This document shows, piece by piece, positions 53,014 to 64,000 of a stretch of DNA of 64,000 nucleotides. The position numbers were made by a program, and so were the translations under genes. The DNA comes from Isurus oxyrinchus (taxonomy: Eukaryota), in contig JANJGN010000017.1 in NCBI GenBank assembly GCA_026770705.1, forward strand, positions 96,100,001 to 96,164,000. Direction: 5' to 3'. The notes beneath the pieces are model-generated. The model saw nothing but the letters and a program-made list of their open reading frames with translations. It was not told the DNA's origin and did no database searches. The stretch's first letter is position 1, and every line of letters begins with the position of its first letter.

Positions 53014-56000
53014 TGCAGTAACTGAAGGTATAGCCTTTCCTGCTGTATAACGGGGTCACATGTTTGTTCTTGGCGACTCCGACCAATGAGCCCTAAGTGT
53101 GGGTAATCCAGGGCGTGTGGTTCTCTAGTTGAGGATCTGGTTCAAGCATGTAGCTTCTGAAAAGCTCTCTGTAATAAAGTCACAAAAACAGAAAATGCTG
53201 GAAAAACTCAGGAGGTCTGACAGCACCTCTGGTGAGAAAAATAAAGTTAACGTTTCGCGTTCTTATGACTCAGTAAGAAGGGTCATATGGACTCGAAATG
53301 TTAAATCTGTTTCTCTCTCCACAGATGCTGTTAGACCTGCTGAGTTTCTTCAGCATTTGCTGTATTTGTTTCAGATTTCCAGCATCCACAGTATTTTCCT
53401 TTTATCTGTAATAAAGTTATCTGTTTGAAGTAGAAACCTGTCCAGTACGTCAAGTCATTACGTTTGGTGATGAGGGTGAGATAGCTCCGACGCTGCACCT
53501 CGCCTTGTGAGTACATCAGATCTTAAGAAAAAAAGAAAAGTATACTCACCATCCATGCCGCTCTTCAGCAGAATCGATCCTTATGACGGTAGACTGGAGC
53601 CAGTATGTAGAGCATCTTGGCTTTTATATCACGGCGAACAAAATTACCACAGAGGAGAAGGAGAAAGCAACCCTTCTGAGTGTATGTGGTACCAAGACAC
53701 ACAATCTCATGGTCTGATGGTCCTGAATGTGCCCAATTCTAAGCCCTCTAACGTGTTTGTGGACCTTGTGGAAACACATTCTCAGCTGTAGCCATCGGTA
53801 ATAATGCAGAGGTTTAACTCCAGAGTAAGGGCCCAGAGAGAGTCAATCACAACCTACATAGCGAAGATGAAGCAGTTGACTGAGCACTGTGACTACGGAG
53901 ACAAACTCAATGATATGTTGCAGGACCGATTAATTGGTGACTTTCCCAACAACTCCGTTCAGTGCAGTTTAATCGCAGAGGTCAACATCGATATAAAGAG
54001 CGCCATGGAAATAGCACTAGCTGTGGAAAGTGCTGCGAGAGACTCACAGGCTTTACAGCACATACAACATGGCGCTGTTCTTCATGTGGGGCAGGAAACT
54101 CCGAAAACCAGAGACACAGCAGCAAAGCGAGAGGCAATCTTTGCTGCTAGAAAAACGAAAAGACCTAGTGGAAGCATTTCAGCAGCGGCTCCAAGGTTAA
54201 TCTGTTAAACATGTGGGGGTAACCACATACCGGACACCTGCAGATTCAAGGAGGCAGAGTGCTGTTACTGTCATAAGAAAGGACGCATAATAAAGAAATG
54301 CAGTGTGAAATCGAGACAGCCCATAAGGCCGCAAACCAAAATGATTGAAGTGAATAATAGAACTGAACTTGAAGCTGCCAATCCCGACATCACAGCAGTA
54401 AAAACTGAATGTATTACCATCACAATCTGAATGGGAAGCCATGAATAATGGAGGGAGATACAGGAGTCTCACCACAGTGGTGGGACAGCACACATTTAAA
54501 TACCTAAAAGAAGTGCCTGGCCACTGAATTTAGAGAGAACCACAGCTCAATTGAAGACATACAGTGGAGAATCCATACAGGTAAAGGGCATCACCACAGT
54601 ACCTGTGTCCTATTCAGCAAACAGACAGACCAGCTTCCAGTGATCGTCATGAGAGGTGAAGGACCTAGTCTTCTGGGCCGTGACTGGTTGCAAAAAATTA
54701 AGTTCAACTACACTGAAATATTTCACATGAGAACAGGAGGAGTTCCTCAACTGTTAAAGAAACACGGCAGTATATTGCATGATAAATTAGGAAATTTAAA
54801 ATCTTGTAAGCAAAAGTGTATGTTGATTCTCAGGCAACACCCCATTTCTTTAAGGTCAGAACTGTGCCTTATTCCCTAAAGGAGAAGGTGGATGCAGAAC
54901 TGTGCTGGTTAGAAAAGCTACGCATTACCCAATCAGTCCAATTTTCAGAATGGGCAGCACCCATAATCCCAGTGGCGAAATCTGACCAAACTATACACAT
55001 TGGCGGGGACTATACATTGACCGTGAACAAAGCAGCCAAACTAGATAAATATGCTATCTCGAGGATAGAGGACATTTACGCACAGCTAGTTGGAGGAAAA
55101 TTCTACACCAAACTGGACATAAGCCATGCATCCTAACAGCTAGAGCTGGATAGCACATCTAGAGGGTATGTAATCATCAACACGCACAAGGGCTTATACC
55201 AATATACGCACCTACACGTTGGAGTATCCTCTACATGTTCAATATTCCAATGGACAATAGAGAGTCTTTTGCAAGGACTTCCCCAAGTAATAGTAAACCT
55301 AGGTGATGTTCTGATCACACGGTCAACTGAACTGAATATTTGGCCAACCTTGAAGAGATGTTAGGAATATATTTGGAAGCTGGTGTACGATTAAAGAGGG
55401 AGAAATGTACATTCCAAGCATCAGGAGTTACTTACCTGGGTCACTGGGTGGATGCCATGGGGTTGTATCCAGAAGAAGAGGAAGTTGGAGCAATCAAATA
55501 GGCATCCTCTCCACCCAGTGTAACTGAACTCAAGTCTTTTCTGGGCAGGATCAATTATTACAGCCGTTTCTTATCAAACTTGTCAACAGTGTTAGCACCA
55601 ATACACTTGTTGTTTAAAAAGAACCATCGTTGGTCATGGAATATGCAACAAGAAGAAGCTTTTGTGAAAGTTAAGATGCTATTACAGTCATCATGTTTAT
55701 TGGTACATTCTGACCCATCAAAAGAATTAATAGTGAACTGTGATGTGTCTCCGTACGGTGTGGGAGCTGTGTTATCTCACAGGATGGAAGATGGATCAGA
55801 AAGGACAAGTGGCTACATCTCCAGAACCCTCGCTGCAGCCGAGAAGTAATGTTCCAAATGAGAAAAGGAAGGTTTATTGGTGGTATTCGGAGTGAAGAGA
55901 TTTCACCAGTACCTGAATAGACAACATTTCACCATTGTGTTGGACCGTAAACCATTAATGGGTTTATTCGGTAAGGATAAAGCCATTCTGCCAATAGCCT

Positions 56001-57792
56001 CAGCAAGAATTCAACATTGGGCTTTGATATTATCTGTATATGATTATATCTTTATGCACCATTCTGGCTTTCACATTACAAATGCGGACACACTGAGTCA
56101 TCTCCGTTACCAGATAGCATTTTACATACTCCTGTGCCACAAGAAGTTGTGCTTGTACTGAATTTCTTGGATTCTTTGCCTGTGTGAAAAGCGAATTAGG
56201 AATCTGGATAAACAGACATCCAATTTTGTCAAAGGTCTGAGACCAGTTTTTCAAGGGTGTCGAATTCACCAGTGTCTTAAGAGATGAGACCAGTACATGC
56301 CTGAAAAAAAGAGTTAAGTTGTTAAGATGGAATCTTGCTGAGGGGATCAAGAGTCCCTTTGCGAGGAGGAGAACCACTCTTGACAGAGCTTCTCAATGCA
56401 CATCCAGGTGTATCGAAGATGAAAATACTTGCGTGAAGCTGTGTCTGGTGGCCAGGCATAGACAGTGACATTGAAAGCATGGTCAAGCACTGGCTCCAGT
56501 TTCAGCAACAGAAATTGTCTGTTTTAGCTCCACTGCATTCTTGGGAGTCGGCTGGTCAAGCTTGGATTCGGCTACATATTGATTATTGGGTACCAAGTTT
56601 TATTGATCATACATGCACATTCTAAATGGAAGGATGTGTATGAAGTCAGATCACCAGCATTGAGTACAACTATTGAAAGGCTGCGTTAATGTTTTAGTAT
56701 ACATGGTACTCCTGCAAGTCATTGTTTCAGATAATGGTACACTCTTTACCAACACAGAGTTTCTGAGATTCATGAGTTTAACTGGAATCAGACATATTAA
56801 ACAGCACCATATCATCCCTCATTGGATGAGTTCGCGGAAAGAGCTGTGAAAATGTTCAAATCAGAAATAAAGAGGTTACCTGAAGTTATGCTAGCAAGCC
56901 GACTTTCCTGTTTTCTTCTCAATTTTTGTACAACGCCTCATTCCACTCCAGGTTCAACACTGTCTGAATTATTGATGAAACCCCGCCTAAGTACAAGGTT
57001 AAGTCTGGTGTTTCCAAACTTAGATGGGAAGGTAGAGAAGAATCAGAGTAATCAAAAACTGAATCACGATATTCATAGCAAAGCTCAAAGATTTACTGTA
57101 GGTGATACAGTTTTTGTGCAGGATTTTGGAAATGGACTTTGACTGATTCCTGGTACAATTGTCTCAGAAACTGGTCCCTTGTCCTTGCAGGTGCAAGTGA
57201 AACATCGAGTTGTTCAAAAACATGTGGATCATCATGGAAGGAGAGAGGCACTCCAACAAACAGCTATTCCACCTGTGACTAACATCGAACCATTAATCTC
57301 TGCAGTGACATGACTGGCCGCAACAGACATAGCCAATGTCTCTGTAGAGTTGCCAAACCCTCAAGTGCCACTATCTAATAGTGGACCTGATGCTGCAAAT
57401 CCTGATCATGTCGATCCAGTGAAATAACCTCAAGTGCTAGGTTTACAGCGCTCTAATCGAATAAGGAAACCAGTTGAGAGACGTAGTCTTTAGTCACTGG
57501 ACTTATATGAATGTTTATGTTGTGGGATATTCAAACGTTCTCTGTAAATAGGAAGTGTAAAATACTAAAAGGCGGAATAATATCGTAACTGAAGGTATCA
57601 TCTTTCCTACTGCCTGTCAGGGGTTACGTGATTGCTCTTGGAGATTCTAAACAATGAGCCCTACGCGCGGCTTCTCTGGGGCAGGCGTTTTCCAGTTGAG
57701 GATCTGGTTCAAGCACGTAGCTTCTGAAAAGCTCTCTGTGATAAAGTTATCTGTTTCAAATGAAAACCTGTCCCGTACGTCAAGTCATTACA
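53014..57792 (+). mobile_element. Ty3/Gypsy LTR retrotransposon, degenerate, full length
   Basis: Copy of 39421-44199 at +13593, with TSD CTGGC. Confidence 0.93.
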
Positions 57793-58111
57793 CTGGCACA
57801 GCCAGTGATGCCCATGTCCCATGGAAGAATAAAAAAAACTATTTTGAAGAAGAGAGGAGGTGTCCTTTGTATTGTGGTCTTTACTCACTGGCTGATATTT
57901 CCACAGTCATTGCCCTCAGTATCAGGGTGAACATCCTCGCCGGTCAGTGGACTTGAGTTCCAGCCAATGGTTGCTGCTGACGTGGCCATCGCTGGGCACC
58001 ATGAGGATTTGAACTTTGTAACCTTGAAGCTGAAGAATAAAAATCTACACCAGCCAAACAGGACAGAAATTCCTCTCTTGGTGACTGTAAAAGTGTTTCG
58101 TTGGGCTGAGT

Positions 58112-61100
58112 ATGATCTCCTGCATTGATAAGAATGTATATTTTTTGGGACTAAGCAGTCACTTTACAGCAGGGGTGAGGAACCCTCGACCCGGAGGCTG
58201 GATTCAGCCCCTTGTACTTTTTCATCCGGCCCGCTGAGTTTTTCAAAGCGCAGCCTCACCAACCTCCCCGCTACCCCCTCGAGTACCTGATGCGCTCTGA
58301 GCCAGGCACCGCCATCTCCTGCTGCCTCAGCCTCGGCCACAGTCTGCAGAAGCCCAGGCTGTGTGGACAGAGTCAGGGCCAAGATCCAGGAGCAGGAGGG
58401 CAGGGACAGGAAGCTGACGGCTGCTGATGGGGTGGTGAAGTGTGAGTTAGCCGTGACAGGGGAAAAAGGGAGCAGCTCACCCAGCTCCATTGGCGGCTCA
58501 CCCCCTTATCCTCCTAAATCCATTGGTGTCGCAGGACAGGGGCTCAGCACCTGCAGAGTGAGGGAGAGGCCCAGGCTCCTGGCCCAGGTGTAGCCTCTGA
58601 CTGGGAGTTGGCTAGAGGGTTGGACTGTTGAGTCACTGCCCTGGTTTGGGTGTGAGTCAGAGTGGGATAGAGAAGGAGAGAGAGAGATAGAGAGGCAGAG
58701 TGGGAAAGGAGACGGAGAGAGAGAGAGGGAGGCAGAGTGGGAAAGGAGAGGGAGAGAGAGAGAGGGAGGCAGAGTGGGAAAGGAGAGCGAGAGAGAGAGA
58801 GAGAGAGAGAGGAATAGTAGGAAAGGAGAGAGAGATTGAGTGGGAAAAGAATACGAGAGAGAGTGAAAGAGAGAATGGGGAAGGAAAAGGTGAGAGAGAG
58901 AGAGAGAGTGGGAAAGGAGAGAGAGAGAGATAGAGATTGGGAAAGGAAAGCAAGCAAAACGTTGAGCTGAATCTCAGCAGTACTGTGATTTAGACAGAGA
59001 AACTGTGCTACTAATGAAGGAAAAGCAAACACAGGCATCGTATTAAAGCAGATGGGTTGAACGTTTCTGTATTCTCTCTTAAAATGATAAATGAAGTTGC
59101 TTATTATGTGTGTGTGGCCCATGGCTGATTTGGTCTATGTGTGAATAGCCCTGGATAAGAAAGGATTTTTCCATCCCTGCTTTGGAGGTTGGTCATTAGA
59201 CACTTTCAGCAGCAAGAGCAGGGAGGTGTGAGGCATCGCTGGAAGACACAATATTTGAATTTGTGTCTCCGAGGTGCCCACAGGCCTGTTCTGGAGTAAA
59301 GAATCTGTAAAGGAAGCAGTCTGGAGTGGGAAGCACATTCCACTGCCTAGCAGAAATGGGAGAACAGGATACAGAAATGGCTCATGAGCTGAACCAGCTA
59401 ACAGTGACCTCACAACACACATTGGATTACCTACCAAGGAATGGGCAATAAATGCTGGCCCAGCCAGCGATGCACACACCACGATGATGATTTTTTCAAA
59501 CAGAAATGTCAGACTGGCACAGGAGGGCTTCTGGTTCTGGACTCATGAATTGAGACAAACAGGTTAGGTAGAACAAAGGGAGTTTTGTTCTGTACTGGAC
59601 CACACTGTCACTGAAATAGCAGCACTGGGTGCAGACAGCGGTTGTCGCTGTACAAGGTAACGACCCTTCTCCAGAATTGACATTCATCAGCTTGTACAGT
59701 AAGCTCCAAATCTTTCAGAAAATGGGAATGAGAAACTTGATTGTGAACTCAATTTCACATCCTATGAAAAGTGTGTGAGGAGGAAATGTGCATCTGAGAT
59801 GTCCTGAATGTGGATCATGTTTCCCAAGGATTCCAGCTCCTAATTTGGTTGGACACATTTCTGGGTGTTGAATCATGTCTTTCAGTCTCCACACCCCACT
59901 CTTGGTGTGAGTTATGTTTATCTCTCAGCCACATCCACTTGAAAAAGCAATAGACCTCGGTTGTACTATTTGTGGACAGCCTTTGTTATCGAGTTTTCAG
60001 CAGGAACACATTAGATATTCACGAATAAGGATTGAAAATCCCGTTATTTCCTGGATTATCTTCTGGGTTCCATAAATCCATTCCTGGAGTCTCCATCGCA
60101 ACACTGAAGGATTGGGAATCCTTCTCATTAATGCTTAAGTCCCATACAAATGCCAAGTCCCACATACAATTCTGTAAATGTTTTGAGCTGAGGTATCACC
60201 TTGTGCATCCCCAAGGTGAACAAGTGAATGGATATGAGTTTGTAGCTTCAGGGTCAATAAATCGAGCCCCCTGTTCAGCTCACTTTATAACAGACCATCT
60301 GAATTCACCTGTTTGTCAGCTTATCCCTCAATCCACTCCACAAAACAATCCCAGTTGTCTTTGGATGTCTTCCAGTGCTTTATTGACCATCACTCTGAGT
60401 GAAAACTTCTATCTGATTGGGAATTAGTCTAATCTAAGTGACATGACAAAGTTCCTCAACATGTTCCCTCTTTATTCCCTCCCCCACCCGCACTCCACAC
60501 CAACCCAACAGAAACTCATCTTGTGCCTTACTCTGCTGCTCCTGGCTGTTGAACATGGAGAATCTTACTGCCACAGCAAATTTCACCCAAGTAAGTACCA
60601 AACCTTTGCCAACTTTCCATTTAGATCTGGGGTGAAAATGAGCTAAACATAAGAACTGAGGCTGAATGTAACCTCCACCCAATTGATGAATGTTGTCAAT
60701 GGCTATGGAACCCAACTCCTGCATGATAAAGTGATAGTCCCAGCCTCACATAACTGCTCCAGGCCACATGAAACCTTCCCTCAGGGATTCCCTTACACAG
60801 TCCCCCTCCGCTAAGGGTCCATGAAGGAATAGGCCTTGTCAAATTAGCCAGCTCCTGCTCCATGGGTCAAAGCTTGGCTGTTGTGTGCAAATGAAGTCCC
60901 GGACAACAAACTGGCTGAGGCCTCATTGTGGTAAGCACGGAAACAATCCTCCAGCACACTGCCTAAATTCAGACCCCAGCAAGTATCCAGCCCATTCCAG
61001 ACCACCAACCCACCCCCATCCAGAAGGAGTTGGGCAGGGGTCACTGGATGGAGACAACCCCCTTTCTCAATGGCAGTCAATGTGTTCCGAGGTTCATGGC

Positions 61101-63483
61101 TGTGAAACTCTCAGGCCCAGGTCCTCTTGGATATGGAACTTGGCTCTTCCCAGGTCCAAAGATCTCAGTGATGATGCAGCTGACCAGGCAATTCTTCAAA
61201 CTTCCAAATATAATTGCAGCCCATGGTACCTCTTCAGTCTTTGATGAGACATTGACAGACCAATCTCAGTCTCTTTCTCTTTCTCTCACTCTCTCTTTGA
61301 TTCCCACCTGGAATTCCAGACTCACCGAACTGCAGGGATGAAGTTGATGGCACCTGGCATGAACCTGGCAAAAGCTGGATAAACTCTGACTGCCTGGCAA
61401 AAGCTGGATAAACTCTGACTGCATGAGATGTTCGTGCTCGGTTGAATTGATGAGCTGCTGTACAACGTAAGTGATTCTCTGACGTTGCAGCTCAAATAGC
61501 CCTTTTGTGTCATTCTGCACTGATCTTTCTTATTGAAGCACAAAGTGGATTTGGGATGAGCAGCCAGACAAGGAGTCGTTTCCGTCATCTTGTTATAATG
61601 ATAAAAAGAAGCAATCACTCAAAACATTGGATAACCACATTGTGGCTTTATTTCGTGAGGCTAGACACCTGGGTACGTTTGTACTAAGGTAAAAATCTTG
61701 AAGATATCAGAGCTGTGCTCTTCTCTAATCACAGGCAAAAGTGAAACTAAGACCGGATCATATGACACACGTCCCTTCCAGTGATGTCATGTTGCTACAT
61801 CTTAAAGAGATATTACAACAAATTCAAAGGTGTTTACAGATTGGGAAACATTGCAGGATTGGTGGTCTCAGGTCAGCGGAATGAACGGAACACATGACTT
61901 CCTTCCTCTCTTTTCCAGACTTGTTACCACCTGAAGTATCTCCCAAGCCCTGTGCATAGTACCAAATTTTGGGATACAGGCATCGATAAAATGGTGGCAC
62001 GGCTCAGAGGGTGATGGGAAGGGAGAGTGAGAAGTGGGAGAACATTCCAATGTGGAGATGCCCCACTGTAAAAGAGCATGTAGATGAGGAGAGAGTAGAA
62101 AAAAGGAGAGGGCCGAAATGAGGAGAGAGCAGAGACAAAGAGAGAGCGGAGACTAAGAGAGAGCAGAGACTAAGACAGAGCAGCGATGAAGACAGACTGG
62201 AGACGGAGAGAGAGTGGAGATGGAGAGAGAGTGTGGACGAGACAGGGTGGGGAGGGAGAAAGTGGAGATGAAGAGTGAGTGCAGTTGAAGAGAGGAGATA
62301 GAGTGCTGTAGAGAGGGTGAAGCTGCAAAGAGGATAGAGATGAAGAGAGTGGGGATGAGGAGCTAATTTAGATGAGAGAATGTTTAAATGAAGAGAGAGA
62401 TATCTTGAATAGAGGGTGTAGATGAAGACAGGTAGGAGATGAAGAGCGAATGGAGAGGAAGAGAGAATGGAGAAGAAGATAGAGTGGACATGAAGAGAGA
62501 GCGGAAATAAAGAGAGGGCGGAGATGAAGAGAGGTTGGAGATAAAGAGAAGGCAGAGATAAAGAGAGTGTGGCTAAGGTAATAATGTAGATGAGAGAGTA
62601 TGGAAATGAAGAGAGAAAGGAGATGAAGAGAGAATGCAATTTAAGTGAGTGCAGATAGAGAGCTTTAGGGAGGGTGGAGATGCAGAGAGGGTGGAGATGA
62701 AGAGGTGAGGAAAGAGTAGAGATGAAGAGAGAGTGGAAATGAAGAGAGGGTGGAGATAAAGAGAGGGTGGAGATGAAGAGAGATTGGAGATAAAGAGAGG
62801 TTGGAGATGAGGAGAGATTGGATATGAAGAGAAGGTATAAATGAAGAGATTGGGGATGAGGTAATAATGTCGATGAGAGAGCATGGAAATGAAGGGAGAA
62901 AGGAGGTGAAGTGAGAATGCAGTTGAAGAGAAGGTGGAGATGAAGAGAGGGTGGAGATGAAGAGAGGGTGGAGTTGAAGAGAGAGTGGAGTTGAAGAGAG
63001 AGTGGAGATGAAGCGAGGGTGGAGATAAAGGGAGGGTAGAAATGAAGAGAGAGTGAAGATGAAGAGAAGGTGGAGATGAAGAGAGAATGGAGATGAAGAG
63101 AGGGTGGAGTTGCAGAGATACTTCTTGATCTGTTTCTCTTGTCAGGCCACATGGGAGGTCAGTTTTCTGCTGCTGCCTCTCTCCAATTGGATACTCAGAA
63201 TCTGCTGGCGACATTGGGGGAAACAAAAAATTTATCCAAAGGCTGTCCATCACCCTTTGGGAGAAACTGGTGAAATTGTTCAGTGAAAGCACTACAGTAC
63301 AAATTTAACCCTTACCCTTGGGATCATTCTAATGCTTTATTCATCTGTGATTTGCAGGTATGGCAGACCAACTGCTACCCAGATGATTGTATCGCAGTTT
63401 TTGACCGTGAGAATTGTCAATATTGGATCCAAAAGAAGAACGATGCTTCTGTTGAATATCAATTTACTGGCAGAGTTGGGTAA
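58112..63483 (+). pseudogene. MSMB: MSMB-like pseudogene, copy E
   Basis: ATG at 58112 with no donor; exons 60512-60590, 61320-61466 and 63358-63483. It has the same four lesions as copies C and D. Confidence 0.88.
58170..59179. mobile_element. hAT-like non-autonomous element (co-duplicated copy)
   Basis: Same termini and TSD as the other copies; this copy has no gap. Confidence 0.65.
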
Positions 63484-64000
63484 TCAGAATAAAAGCATTT
63501 AATTTCCAATATAAAACCATCAGCTTCATTCTCGATGCAAGTACCATGGGAGAATGGGAGCCTTGCTTCCTACATGAAACATCAATATTACAATAAAGAT
63601 ATTTCACAGTGGTTTCATTCTCAAACCTTATCTATTATTTCAACAAGTCATAAGTGTGTGTGCATGTGTGTGTGTGTGTGTGATGGTGGGGAGGGAGAAA
63701 GTGTCCAGAGTAGGCAGTGTGAGTGTAAAGAGAACATACAAGAGTGTGCAAGAGAGAGAGTGTGCAAGAGAGAGAGTGTGAGAGAGAGTATGCCAGCGAG
63801 AGTGCGCCCACAGGAGTATGTGTGGGAGAGCGTGTGTATACGAGGAAGTACATGTGGATATGAAACACCATGGCTGTTGAAAGCTACAATGCTCAATGGG
63901 TTACATATAACGAATAATTAGTCAGATTAAGAGGGGCTTTCCTGAACCAATCACAAAGGACGTGAAGAGGGAAAGAAATCCAAGCCAGAAAGGTCTTTAA

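Larger units (their letters stand above)
1..64000 (+). repeat. Tandem segmental-duplication array; 5 full units plus flanks, one MSMB-like gene per unit
   Basis: Homologous last exons start at 805, 11305, 22564, 36176, 49769 and 63358, giving periods of 10500, 11259, 13612, 13593 and 13589 bp. The ORF track repeats with the same offsets. Confidence 0.97.

Overview
This is vertebrate genomic DNA, probably from a cartilaginous fish judging by the repeat types. The whole window is a head-to-tail tandem array of a 10.5-13.6 kb unit. Each unit carries a four-exon, + strand gene that the ORF track misses because the exons are short. Splicing them by hand gives a secreted 108-aa protein with the 10-cysteine beta-microseminoprotein (MSMB/PSP94) pattern. 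Six copies are visible. Copy 0 shows only its last exon (805-931). Copies A (5612-11431) and B (18211-22690) are intact, and their mature chains have diverged mostly through amino-acid-changing substitutions. Copies C, D and E (30925-36301, 44519-49894, 58112-63483) are near-identical pseudogenes sharing the same four lesions. Each unit also carries the same co-duplicated set of decayed mobile elements: a tRNA-derived SINE, a Harbinger-like fragment, a CR1 LINE with a Ty3/Gypsy element inserted in its 3' tail, a Penelope-type inverted insert in the 5' LTR, and a hAT-type element in intron 1. GA-rich and (TG)n simple repeats recur in each unit. Two identical 130-N gaps mean the copy number of the pseudogene unit needs checking.
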